Part shown: positions 24,001 to 34,783 of the stretch, in pieces
How the letters are laid out: the number at the start of each line of letters is the position of its first letter
Numbering within the stretch: the stretch's first letter is position 1
From: Botryllus schlosseri
Taxonomy: Eukaryota
Length of the DNA stretch: 64,000 nt
Direction of reading: 5' to 3'
NCBI GenBank assembly: GCA_051294905.1
Contig: CM119371.1
Span: 1,056,001-1,120,000, forward strand
The notes under the pieces: generated by a model
Seen by the model: the letters and a program-made list of their open reading frames with translations, nothing else
The model's database searches: none
Told to the model about the DNA's origin: nothing
Translations under genes and position numbers: made by a program

Positions 24001-27000
24001 GTTGTTGTTGCTGTTTCAAAACAAGCTATTCTCCTGTACCCAACATCACTATTCGTCACTAGCTGAAACGGCTGTGGTGATGGCAACAGCATTCCATCGC
24101 GGGGGAATCTGCTGATATGAATGGGCATATTGCCTTGACTTTCAATGGCCCAAAAACACTGCCAAGACCGAGACGCTTAGAAACGGCTTAGGGCAGTAGT
24201 TCCCAAACTGGGGAGTGCGAAAGCATCTGAGATGCGCTCAAATGCGGAGATGCGCTCAAATGAAAAAATATTCACGCTCCGCGCGATTTACCTCATATTC
24301 ATAGTTATTGCTCTGTGTATAGTCCGGAATTCATCTTATAGAATGCTCTCATCAACAGCCATAACCTTCTATGCCATCAAACTAGCCGTTGGGATTGCTA
24401 GCATTCTGGTTGCATTTTGTGATATGACAATTTTTCAGTATCATAAAGGGTGTATGTCTAAAAAAGGTTTGAGAACGACTGGATTAGGGCTTCCCCATAA
24501 GATCAAGCTTTACGTGGAGATGATCTTTCAGCTAGTAACGTATCTCGCTGGTCCCAATATCGATTCCTTAGTCGCTGAAAAGCGTTCCTATGTATCGTAC
24601 ACAGCTCACAGTTCAAAATAAAATAAAATTGATGATTATGGTTTTTTGTTGTATTTGTATTCATTTAATAAAATATTATTTCTTTTGTGGTCAATATTCC
24701 CATTGCCTATGTTAGGTAGCTCACCGTTGTACTGAAATAGAGTTTTAGAACGTGGTGCCTATTTTACATCGATATCGAATTAATGCGGCCCGCGGCCTCT
24801 ACGAAATTTGAAAAGTGGCCCGCGGTCCGTTTTGAGTTGGCGACCCCTGCTCTAAGTAGTCCTAATCCATGGCAATAATCTCAGTGGGCTCACCCTTACA
24901 TCAATACAAGAAAATGTGATGTCCAAAGTTACTTTGGACAGTGGAAAATGTGATATTTAGAGCTCTGGAAAGTGGATGCTTCATCTGTGGCAAAGTGTAT
25001 CGTCAACTATATTTCTTATGACCGGCCTGATGGCTTTTTAAAATGGAATGAGAAGATTAATAAATTAGAGTTTGCCAAAATATCAAAAATGGGTAGGCTA
25101 GGCAATGAGGTGAGATAGTGAGATATTGTAATCGGGTGTAAGCTACTTGAAAAACATATCACATATGGTACTCCTACAGATGCACCTGCAGAGTAAGGGA
25201 TATCGTAAATTACGATAAATATATCTATCAGAGGACATAGGAAAGGGAAAGTGTATCTTTTAAAGAACAGTAATATATCTGAAATCGGCAATAAATCACG
25301 GTAACATGCTTAATGTATGCTGTCGATTGCTGACACTGCCAGTGGGATACCCCTTATCTTTATATGTCATTTATAAGTCCTAATGGGTGAAGCCATTGGG
25401 GAAAATTGAGAGAAGAGATGAATAAGGGGGTATTAGCCTACCTAATTTGTGTTTTTTTTTTGGGGGGGGGGATTAGGTAAAAATCATGCCATAGGCCAGA
25501 CACATACTATTTTGTTTCAGTTTTAGCCGCTGCTCTCATCAACTCTTACCAAATAAACCTCATTTACGTGGTTTCATAAACAGTAGAATTAAATAGTATA
25601 TTCATATTGAAATGAACCCGAATATTTTCGGCTGACACTCGTCAGGGGTAATCGTCAGCAACTAGTAGAGAATTGGAAAGAACATTGTATATCAACAATC
25701 GTATCACAAAATATGACGTCACCAGCATGAAATTTCGAATGAGAGAACGTTCAATGTACTATTTTTAGGTGATACACGAACTCCTTTTGTTGACAGAGTT
25801 TTGGTTGGTGTATTTTGATAAAAGTGTCAGCCGAAAATATTCGGGTTCATTGCAATATGAATATACTATTTAATTGTATATTGAAGTTCTGTACCTCCAA
25901 GAAGCTCTTCAAATAAACAGTAGAGTGTAAAGGCATACAAAAACTACATTTTCCACAGTTACCCCACAGTTACCCCATCAAGCAATCTGAACTATCTTGC
26001 TTAATTCTGCATGGAGTTTTATTTTCCGTCATGGTTTGAAATAAAAAGGCACAATTCCATTGTTGATGGTGCTAAAAACTTCTGCAACATAGTTTTCCAT
26101 ATTACAAAGCTTTCTGATACACGAATTCGCAACCTTGCACTACCTTTGCTACAAGGAAAAGCATATTTTGCACATCCGGATAATGTCTTTTGGGAATGCT
26201 TGGTGATGATGATGAAGGCCTCGGAAGACTTGCAAGATTTCAACTGTGAGCAGATCAAACAGAATACCAGATTCCAATTAATGACTTTGAAGGAGGATAT
26301 GTTAATGAAACGAAACCTAAAAACAACGTTGACACTAGAATCAGATTGTTTAAAATCCCAATTATGAACATCAAGGCCAAATCATACCACTAAATTGTCA
26401 ACTTGAATCTAAAAGATATGGAACAGCCACCAGCAATCAAAAACTCACCATATCTCGAGATGGAAAATCTAAGGTCATCTCCTCAAAATCCTTGGCACAA
26501 CCAGGCAGTGGAAAGAGACGTTAAAGTGGTGACCAAAGCATCTGCCCATGTGTCGGGATTTAAACGTAGAGATGACTTAATCAGAGAAAAACTGAAGTCT
26601 CAAAAACAGATGAAATCTTTTAATACAAAACAAGATTTCAAAGTTTGTGCAGACTAATACTCTGGTGGTGAAATCATCTTCGAAATATATCTTTTTCAAT
26701 ATGGAATTGATGGTTTTGTGTTTTCAATATGAATTAACAATTTATGTGTTTCCAATATGGAGTTGTCAGTCATAAGATCGATGACTACACGCTTTTGGCC
26801 TCGTACCCTGCTTCAGTGCCTAATTTTACCGAAAAATGGTCTAAAAATCAATAATTTGCTCATAACTTTTTTTCTGTTCATTTTTATGACAAAGTTCTGT
26901 GGAAGTGAGATAGAAACTTGTTGCTTCTGCATCTTTTGAGCCCAAAATCAGCTTTCTAGAGGAAGCGGTCATCAATATATAGCGAAATTAGCTATTTTTG

Positions 27001-30000
27001 GCTCGTTCGATGCAATTGCACGACCACTAGAGGGTACACGAACCCAAAATTATTATAGAAATTATTTTTTTTTAATTTGGCACCACATATCAAGTGTCCG
27101 TTTTAAAATTCAAAATTTTCCATTTTTCACTCCACCCTATTGGACACGGATAATTTACAAAAATGAAGTACAGATTTATAACAATGAAAATTTTTGATTA
27201 GGTCATTCTAATCTTTGTTTCATGACCCCTGAAAAACACATAACTTGCCTCCCCTACACCCTAGCATTTCCAAGATACAAAGCGGAATTGTTGAAAATTG
27301 TCCAAAGTTACCCCGGTATACGGTACCACCCAATAACCTATCACATTTTATAAAGGGAATAAAACTTAGAACAGTGTTTAAAAGTGGGAGATTTTGAGAG
27401 ATATGAGTGAAAAAAGTGTTGAAGTTCCGGTGCCATACAAGCAAAACCAGTTGGCTAAATGTACACGTACACGGATACCATCTTCGTGAATACCACTGAA
27501 AAGTAGAAGCATAACGTTACTGATTACCTCTGGTCTAGTCTTTAAAAGAGCCAATAAAGATATTCTAAACTTTTTAATAGAGAGTTGAATCGAAAAAGTT
27601 TGGAAAACACTGACCTATAAGATATGAAGAGCATACTGTAGCAAAAATGTATACATCATTCATGATCAATATGTTGCCAGTAGCCTACTAAGCCCAGTAA
27701 AGATATGGTGATTAGGGGTAGGAAGTAATATTCATAGCCTGATTTCATTGAAGCTTTTTGTCATATTGATTGTTACTGAGTGATTCCATATCACTCATCA
27801 CAAATCACCCATTTAGTGATCACCCATTCGTGAAACTTAACTAATTTTATATTGAATCCTTGCAATGGTGACAGTCAGTCATAAAACATATTAGCCAGAT
27901 CACCTTGTCTAAACATAGTATAGAAGAATCTCTTGAACATAGCAATGAAATGAGCCCAAGAGTAGAACCTGCTTAGAACACAACAAGCCTCAAAACAAGT
28001 CAACGATATAAAATTGAAATATTTTTAGTGTAATTCTGTCTACACAAATATTACAAACGCTAGTTTTAAGGGGAACAAATCGCCTGCATCTGACTACAAT
28101 ACCCATTACTGTCACAACTTCAAAAGTAGGCCTAATTTATATTAACATCTCATTAGCTTAAAATTCAGCGTTACAATATATACAGCTTTCATATGGCAAA
28201 AATGAAAGGGATACTCCCGTGATTTCAATGAGCAATGACCTCAAACTTGAGTTATATGCTGGTTCCGTACACAAATAACACAAATAACTTAAAAGATATA
28301 GCTATGATAATATTTGTTGATTCACGGGCCTCAATTGAGTTCGGCCACTCAATTGGCCAATTGTGGGTTTAAGATGCGGCAGTTACGTATTGTGTTCCAC
28401 TACTAGAAGTGCTATATAGTGTCGCTTTTTTCTCTCTCCTGAGAGAGAGTGCCGCAAGGTCCAAAGGTTGAGAACTACTGATATAAAAGTCATGTTGTTA
28501 AAATATTCGAACCAGTCATGTCACTCTCCTAAATTAGGCTACTAGTCAGTGAATTCTTAGAAATTGCTGCTATTGGTATATTCTCGATTTAAGGCAGGGC
28601 ACCAAACTCAAACTCGGCCACATCGGTATGACGAGCCAGATATCGGCCTCACTCAATGCGATATTCTCTCCCAGTTCACAATCTAATCTATCCCAATCCA
28701 AATCTACGCGTCTAAACTTTGTTAGACATATTTCTCTATCGCCCTCATCGGACTCATATCACTATTCCACCCAAAGTTTTGTTATATTCTGGCAGTTACT
28801 GAAAAGGCTTCTGACCCCAGCGGCAGCTCAATCTCCTACACTGCAAAACCATTACTGCTGTATATTTTTCGAAGGAAACTGCTATACGCAGTTTGTTGCT
28901 GTTATTGTTGCCGGTACGGTACTCTCTTGTTATTGCATTATGACGTTTCTCACTTAACAGAAGGTTTAACCTTAGGTCACGGGAAAGTGATGCGGCCACC
29001 GTTCATTGCGTATGAATCATAAGCTGTATTAGTTTGTACTTTGAGCGGACATGAATTTCTATGTCCTAATTCAATCCAAATCCGACAAAATTTCACAAAT
29101 CCTGTTTTTTCAAATCCTAATCCATGCTCATGGCGTCCTTCTGGCGTTCCTTCTTCGCCAACGCCTCTACACCCTTGGAATATTTCAATAATGTTGTGTG
29201 CTGTTTTCTAGGTTATTTATAACCGAATATGTGCTCGTTAACGTTTGTTTTGTGTCGTTACTACCGTATCTTGCCTGTCTACTAGTTGTTTTTTATGTGA
29301 TTATTACGTCATAGACACAAAATAGTTATTACATTTCGAATCTGATCCACCCTATCACTGACGTTCGCTACTGAGGGTCAGTCGAAAAGCTTTTAGCGAA
29401 TAAATTACCAATATGATGTTATTGTTTCGCGAATGCGTAATTTAATGCCGCTACGCGGCACATACAGCGGATGCGACTGCCAATTAAACCACGTAATAGT
29501 TCGTCTGTCATAGATCATAAAAGAAAAGAATAAAATAAAGTGAAATTGATCGTCTTTGGGCGATTGATCATCCGAGACTGTAATAACCTTTTCAGCGTGC
29601 AAATAAGCAGGCTATGCGATGCCTGCCATGTTATCCCATTGTGTTTTCTGCAGATGTGGTCAGTAACGAAGTACTTCTACTATTTGAAGTACTTGAAGTA
29701 GATTTTGCCTACTCACACTACTTTTTAAGTAGTTATGATTTTAGACTACTTCTACTTCTACTTGACAGTTTTCAGTTTTGTATGCAAAAATATGCGTAGA
29801 ATACCTACTTACTTACTTACTTGTGAACCACCAATCCTACTTCTACTTGACTAGAAATGCCGGCGTTACTTCTAATTCTACTTGAGTAGCGACGGTGACT
29901 ACTTTCACCAACTCTGGTTTTCTGCTGAGTGAAGCATTAAACGAAAATCGTTCGGGATACGCGTGTCATCTGTTGAGCTCCATTTTTTGATAAAATGCAT

Positions 30001-33000
30001 CAGTTAAAAGGTTGATTGAATACTAAGGTGTGGAGGTTTTGTAAGAGAAGGCATATGTAAAATCCATCATTGTGAATTGGAAATTGTACTTTGTAATGAT
30101 GCGGAAAGTGCCGCCAGATAAAGATTGAAAGTTGTAACTAAGTCGCATGGTTTCGAGTCATAAGTCAACCTCTTTCTTATAGTTTTGCCTCGAGTCGAGT
30201 CGTCATTTTCAATTCACCACCGAGTCAAGTCCGAGTCCAAGTCATTGTGTTGGCTTCTAATTTTCTACTGAAAGACTAGTTGCGCCCACTTTTTATAACT
30301 CTGGTGCAGATATGCGGTAATCGTGATTAGTAATCGAAATCCATTACGACGATTACAGCATTTGAAAATAATCGTAATCGCAATCGATTACATTCGAAAA
30401 AAATCCGAAGTAATTGCAATCGACTACTTCACATATCTAATCGATCTGTTTGTGAAAGAACTATTACTTTTCATTTGTTCAATGCCCATGACATAAACTG
30501 AACATTCGTGAACAATGAAGAGTGCGATTTGAAACAGGTTTTGGATAGCAGAAATGTCATATGGTCAAACGCCCCTGCTCATTATTGCGTTACTAGTATT
30601 GGCTCTTCATTGCGTAACGAATTATCCGCACATAGTAAATAGATATTCGTTATACATGTAGTACTGTGATTGTAAGAAAACCCGCTATGATTATGTCAGA
30701 TTATCACTACGCTGCAGACGCCACTACCTTGCAGCAGGATAATAATCACCGCTCTGCCTAGTTTCGAATAGTATCGTATGTAGGCCCACTAAGAATTGAT
30801 GTTTTGTTATACTTAGGTGAACGCAGTTTAACAGTTGATTGGCTAGCGGTAGGCCTATCTACGTTTACACCGGGTAAAGATTTGATATTTTTTACTCGTC
30901 AAATCGTCATGACAATTTATACATCGAAGCATTAACAACCAACGGCTGCTGATAAAAAATCATAACTGAGCCGTTATTATCCATTACTCGTATACCGACT
31001 AATTATTTTTCTGTGTATGACATGCAGGAAATACGTTGACGAGCTAAGACAAAATATTGCACTACATTCTGCGTGCATTAATCTCTAATAATTACCTGGA
31101 AAGAGCTCGAATGTGAATCTAGTTTATTTCGTTAATCAACATGAAGTAGAGTGTTTGGGACACATTTTATTTTTCTTCAAAGTTTTCCCCGCAATTCCCG
31201 CGTATATAGTCCATCTTTGACCCGCGAAACGTAAAACGCCCAGGTCCGCGCAATGCTTATCGACAGACGTTCAGGGGACCCTTAATTTCCAATGAGTTAC
31301 AAAACAAAACTCTACCACATGTGTCCATACCATATATGTGTGGAAATCAGTAGGACAACCAGTAAAGATAGTTAAGCTGACTTGACAAACCACACATTTA
31401 TTTAGTTGATAGTCAACTAACTAATAGTTTTTTGAGTAGTTTTAGTTCTAGTTGATGATTTTGAAAGTTGAGTAGTTTAATTTCTCGTTGTAGCTGCGGA
31501 TTGTAAAAACTGACTAGTTGCAGTTCTAGTTGTTTTGAAGATTTTGAAAATCTGGTAAATCTAGTTATTTTTACATAGTTGCGAGTTTTAAAAAATGAGT
31601 GGTTCTATTTCTAGTTGACCTTTTTTACAACCCAAGAGTTTGTACAAGTTTGGTTTCTGGTTGGATTTTCAAGTACCAGTACCAATAGACGAAATTACAA
31701 TGGAATGTCGGTCTTGGCCGTCTGAGTCTCGACTCATATGACTTGGTTCTAGTCATGCGCAATAACTCGAGCCCAAGTTGACTCAGTACACAGATTGACT
31801 CGAGTGTAGTCGAGTCATTTCCATATTTTAGGAAAATGAATGGGGTCAGGTCTAGTCATCAGAAATTCGTGACTCGAGTCATTATAACATTGCCCCACAT
31901 ATATATACACGACCAATGTTAACGATGTGGTGCAGCTGCATCATGGGACATTTGGCGACAATGACCATTGATTTTATGAAACAGGATGTACTACATAGTA
32001 CCGGATAAAACACTTACGTTGGTCTTGTGCAATAGCGTCAATTCCAGAATTCATAATGTAGTTGATGGTGGTCTTGTTTCCGTGAATTTGATCTCCTGCC
32101 ACAACGTTGACCGAGCTGTTTATGATCCGTTGATTGATGTATTCGCCTTCTGCCAAACTTGCAGATCCTGAGACACGCGAGAATATTACGTCTGATATTC
32201 CGGTTCTCATTTCCATATACTCATTTGAAAGCATTTTTAAATCAAGTATCGATCATGGAAACTTCCCATAATTTCTCCTTAATATTAGGTTATGCAGCGC
32301 TCGAATATTAATATTATATTTCAATAATTTAATTATATGCTTTGTGGTACGGAAATTGAATATAGCTTTCAATGTATTCATAGTAGTAGAATATTTATTG
32401 AACTTGAAGAATTCTAGGGTGCCTCTTTTCGAGAGTTAACGGCACACCAAAAAGATTTTAACACATTTAAAAGTAAAACCAAAAAGGCTAAGTATGACAC
32501 AACAATCAAAATCACAGACCATGAGATTCGCATTGTAACTATGATACCTATATTAAACTTCGAAGTGAAGTAAGGTATGGTTGCCAAAAAAATCGGCCCT
32601 GGGGAATTTTGTATTAAAATGTATAACCAACCATTAATATGAGATAATTACATAATTATACTACTATGAAGTGATTCGCAGTTCAGGGTATGCGTAGCTC
32701 GCGAGAGATACCGCGGATATTTACGAGGCCGAATTAACATGGTAAATTCGGCCCTGGGAGAATTTTATATTAAATGTATTCCCAACTATTAACATGAATT
32801 GCACCATTATCTTATTATCAAGTGATTTGGAGGTCGCGGTATGCGTAGATCATGCAGTCACGGGCGATAACGCGAATATTTACGGCTCCGAATACATTTT
32901 AATAGAAAATTCATTTTTATGCAAAATTCATCGACGGCCAAATTTACCGAGGGCCGAATTTCCGAGGGCCACTAGTAACCCACGCCCCGAGGTCATATAG

Positions 33001-33516
33001 CGTAATTTATAAATATACAGTTGCAAACACGAAACAAAATAAACTAAGGATAAATTAGTGAGTTGTGGACAGAATATTTTTGTCAGCATAAATAGGTTTG
33101 TCAATTGAATAAGGGTATAGTTCAACACTGTTAAATGAAACAAAGATCTGCCTAGCGCAATGACAGTGAATACATTGTCATCAATTATAGTGTTGTGTGC
33201 AGGCTAGATTTTCACTTGAATGTTTAGCATTCGACGAAGCATATGCTTGGAGTAATCCTCATAAGAATATGTTTGGGCAGCTAATTTGCATTGGCGTGCG
33301 AGCTCTACGTGGTCTATTTGCGAATGTTTTATAGCGAATCGATTCTTGATTATGCTGCTTTATACGCTCGAACAATCCGTGCTAACTTTAATATGATTTC
33401 ATAGGATATAGATATGAACTCAAATGTTCTAGCAATTACTTACTGCTTCCTTCAGGTAATAATGGTGGAGGCACATCATCGACACCAGAAATTCGCTCTT
33501 CTCCCCCTTCCGCCAT
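1..33516 (-). CDS. Multi-exon NLR-like gene (short N-terminal motif + NACHT + divergent LRR-like region); 3' end uncertain, probably beyond the window start
   Basis: Hand-built exons: 33516-33444, 32167-32018, 20582-19140, 19084-18923, 17997-17693, 8192-8088, 5560-5459, 4964-4809, 3032-2949, 2813-2646, and probably 25-<1. All junctions are GT-AG, phases match (1,1,1,1,0,0,0,0,0,0), and there are no in-frame stops over ~916 codons. Confidence 0.75.
322..2241. mobile_element. hAT Blackjack-like MITE, interrupted by the foldback element at 378-1968
   Basis: Termini TAGTGTTACCG...TGGTAACCCTA with subterminal GTCCT motifs. A related reverse-strand copy lies at ~38026-38390. Confidence 0.5.
378..1968. 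mobile_element. Foldback non-autonomous DNA transposon with ~460-bp inverted arms
   Basis: 378-~838 is the reverse complement of ~1488-1968 (GGGGTGTT...AACACCCC). It shares the CCAAATTTGGCTCAATTCCAACCAGTAG motif with elements at 7088, 21156 and 57118. Confidence 0.8.
2646..2813 (-). CDS. 56-codon exon [10 protein letters not shown]...ACQQKK
   Basis: cattttag|TTG ... AAG|GTAGTA, 168 nt (2x28 codons), phase 0-0. Confidence 0.65.
2949..3032 (-). CDS. 28-codon exon [28 protein letters not shown]
   Basis: gtgttcag|ATA ... CAA|GTACGA, 84 nt (typical size of one RI-type LRR unit), phase 0-0. Confidence 0.65.
3741..4075 (-). mobile_element. Diverged end fragment of the Kolobok family element
   Basis: AAAAATGATGTGGTCTCAAATTGAAG...CAGCCGTTTTCTTCAGAACGCC matches the TIR, and the match continues into sequence specific to the right end (reverse complement of ~13600-13990, e.g. 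GGCCTAGTGTATTCT). Confidence 0.75.
4809..4964 (-). CDS. C-terminal exon [17 protein letters not shown]...KLEK
   Basis: attttcacag|GAT ... AAG|GTGTTA, 156 nt, phase 0-0. Confidence 0.6.
5459..5560 (-). CDS. Divergent LRR-like exon [15 protein letters not shown]
   Basis: attcag|GTT ... AAG|GTTTGA, 102 nt, phase 0-0, open frame. Confidence 0.6.
7088..7943. mobile_element. Palindromic hAT-type MITE
   Basis: Long inverted arms; termini GGGACTGTT/AACAGCCCTG; flanks aagcagag/atgcagtg (6/8 TSD match). Confidence 0.7.
8088..8192 (-). CDS. LRR-like exon [20 protein letters not shown]
   Basis: cag|GTG ... AAA|GTGAGA, 105 nt, phase 0-0, LRR consensus VxxVxLxxNxF. Confidence 0.7.
9602..10585 (+). pseudogene. 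KolX-like / P2X7 ballast-like zinc-cysteine protein pseudogene
   Basis: Exons ~9602-9804, 9865-10156, 10408-10585. Motifs PYQFEP, WCSCLNC..M....[46 protein letters not shown]. An 8-nt insertion near 10053 shifts the frame, and there is a TGA at 10445-10447 where W is expected. The start codon was not identified. Confidence 0.85.
10895..12616 (-). pseudogene. Kolobok THAP-DDE transposase pseudogene
   Basis: Exons 12616-11951, 11894-11770, 11698-11470, 11388-11242, 11172-10895. Partial THAP (CAVTSC...IP...RRQW); motifs [44 protein letters not shown]. 1-nt frameshift at ~12082 and TAG at 11791-11793. Confidence 0.9.
11020..11104. repeat. Exact in-frame 42-bp tandem duplication in the transposase 3' exon
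   Basis: [14 protein letters not shown] occurs twice. Confidence 0.95.
12694..13219. mobile_element. hAT-type MITE nested in the Kolobok element
   Basis: AAGTGCTTTTCAACCT...AGGTTGAAAAGCACTT inverted termini. Confidence 0.6.
13283..13568. mobile_element. Old MITE with CCTAAC-like interior, nested in the Kolobok element
   Basis: Imperfect TIR GTTCCCCATGAACATGACAAAATTCA / TGAATTTTGAAATGTTCAGAGGGCAC. Confidence 0.45.
14596..15551. mobile_element. hAT-type MITE with (GAGTC/AAGTC)n subterminal arrays
   Basis: CAGTGTTGGGAT...ATCCTAACACTG; TSD ctacagtt/ctaaagtt; homologous to 45510-46419. Confidence 0.85.
15655..16211. mobile_element. hAT-type MITE with GACTCGAGTC arrays
   Basis: CAGGGTT...AACCCTG termini. 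Related decayed copies at ~30130-31890, 48530-49002, 52870-53370 and 61880-62500. Confidence 0.65.
17693..17997 (-). CDS. NLR HD2/first LRR exon
   Basis: Encodes [11 protein letters not shown] (HD2-like) and [11 protein letters not shown] (LRR LxxLxLxxCxI). Acceptor ttgacag|TC, donor CAA|GTGAGT. Confidence 0.85.
18923..19084 (-). CDS. Probable symmetric (phase 1-1) 162-nt exon after NACHT
   Basis: Acceptor ctactttcaag|AC after a 55-nt intron, donor A|GTAAAA, open frame [11 protein letters not shown]...RRIEC. Confidence 0.55.
19140..20582 (-). CDS. NACHT domain exon (NBD, HD1, WHD)
   Basis: Walker [14 protein letters not shown], Walker [11 protein letters not shown], sensor IVISSRE, HD1 [23 protein letters not shown], and [11 protein letters not shown]. 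Acceptor tcttccag|AA, donor G|GTGGGT; 1443 nt. Confidence 0.95.
21156..21573. mobile_element. hAT-type MITE
   Basis: TAGGATCTTCAAAAATGAC...GTCACTTTTGAAGACCCCTA, ~75-bp TIR, TSD ctgtatat/ctgtttat. Confidence 0.85.
22046..23411. mobile_element. hAT (Charlie-like) non-autonomous element
   Basis: CAGTGGTTCTCA...TGAGAACCACTG termini with GTGGACC subterminal motifs; TSD degraded. Confidence 0.6.
23862..24849. mobile_element. hAT Charlie-like MITE
   Basis: CAGGGGTCACCAAC...GTTGGCGACCCCTG with GCGGCCCGC repeats; perfect TSD CTCTAAGT. Confidence 0.9.
24194..24481. mobile_element. hAT MITE nested in 23862-24849
   Basis: CAGTAGTTCCCAAAC...GTTTGAGAACGACTG; TSD gcttaggg/gattaggg; homologous to ~47289-47599. 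Confidence 0.8.
25587..25875. mobile_element. Small palindromic non-autonomous element (unclassified)
   Basis: ~53-bp near-perfect inverted repeat AATTAAATAGTATATTCATATTG..AACCCGAATATTTTCGGCTGACACT. Confidence 0.75.
26011..26657 (+). pseudogene. hATm-type transposase C-terminal remnant
   Basis: Motifs [54 protein letters not shown], spread over shifted frames. Downstream end CCACCCTA at 27132-27139 (reverse complement of TAGGGTGG). Confidence 0.8.
32018..32167 (-). CDS. NLR exon 2 carrying an amyloid/RHIM-like motif
   Basis: Acceptor gtgtctcag|GA, donor C|GTAAGT, 150 nt, phase 1-1. Encodes [49 protein letters not shown]. Confidence 0.7.
32579..32979. mobile_element. Decayed relative of the 50976-52048 element
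   Basis: GGTTGCCA...TAGTAACC ends, CGGCCCT/GAGGGCCG subterminal repeats, shared ATGCGTAGATCA.GCAGTCACGG core. Confidence 0.6.
33444..33516 (-). CDS. NLR exon 1 ([24 protein letters not shown])
   Basis: ATG at 33516, 24 codons +1 nt, strong donor A|GTAAGT; phase 1 matches the acceptor at 32167. Confidence 0.65.
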
Positions 33517-34502
33517 GATCACGATCACGTAATGGTAAATAAATGCTATATCACACAATACTAAGAATGCAAAGACAGGAAATATCCTACACTATTTGAG
33601 AAATTTAATTTTGGTACCGCGCTAAGACTAAAGTATTCGATTCGAGTCCATTCATTCCGAAGCTGTGAATAACATCCCCAACTTTGGAACTGTAGAACTT
33701 TGGAACTTTAGTTCAAATTTAGCTTAATTATCGTGCAATCGTCATCTGTCTCGTGCAAATGGCAACTGTAGGATTAGTGATAAACAGCAATGAAATGACT
33801 TTTCTTGAAAATAAGATCATACTATTCATTAGGGATGGCTTGATCGTGAGGTTCACGTTCTCGTTTTGTCTGTGAATCTCTTAAATTCAGAGGTTCACGT
33901 TCGCAAACGAACCTTGGTAGGTTTTGCACTCTGAGCCTTTTTCATGTAGGCCCTACTACATTTTTTTCACATCTTTATAACCTTGCCAATCTCTAAATCA
34001 CACAGCATCAAGCACGAAATACACTCACATGGAGGTAGTCAGCGAATTATGCTCATTACTAGGGCGATTTTTTTTTTACCTAAAAAACGAAAGATTTTGA
34101 CCTAAAAAATCTAAATTTTGACATTAAAAAACTAAATTTTGACCAAATTTTGACCTAACGTATGCAAATTAGGTGTTTTCCCAAAAAATGTTGGAATTTT
34201 AATACTTAACCTCATTTCTGGTTTGAATTGTCTGTCCTTACGAAGTAGTTTTCCCTCAAAAACTTGTTTGACTCAGAAACTGACGAATTTTTACATGACG
34301 AAATATTATTTTAACAAAATTTGGCCCTATGATGAATTCCAGTACATGATGTAGGCTACTATGGTGAAAATAATTAAAATGTGTTGCAGTACAACGAAAG
34401 ATACTTTTCTGCATTCTCGGCAGGGATAACTAGTTCTAGATATCCCTGGGTCTCGGGTAAAAAGTGTCCGTCTTTAGTAAGTAGCTTGCCAAGGATGAAG
34501 AT

Positions 34503-34783
34503 GTGGCGAGATAGCGTAGTGATATAATCCACAGCTACAACACCAATGGGGTTTAGGTTCTTGTCCGACCGAGGTCGACTCCAGAATTACTACCCAAGTG
34601 TTGAAGGTTTATCTAGGCTCCTTATCTCATCCGCGTTAAGCGGTGTCTTACAAAAAGCATAGAAGTGGGCCGTGCTACAAGTCGGCAGAGTCTTGGTGGA
34701 TATGGAATCGAAAATAAGGAATATCGGCCTGGTGTAAATGACCATTGTAGTCGACAAACACCATGAATATACAAACAACAACA
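34503..34783 (+). mobile_element. tRNA-derived SINE copy
   Basis: Homologous to 49159-49425; degenerate A/B boxes; shared 3' end AGTCGACAAACACCATGAA followed by a CAA tail. Confidence 0.8.

Larger units (their letters stand above)
23563..27323. mobile_element. Tc1/mariner (pogo-like) MITE expanded by nested insertions
   Basis: TA|CCGTAAACCGGGGTTACTTT ... AAAGTTACCCCGGTATACGG|TA. Confidence 0.75.
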
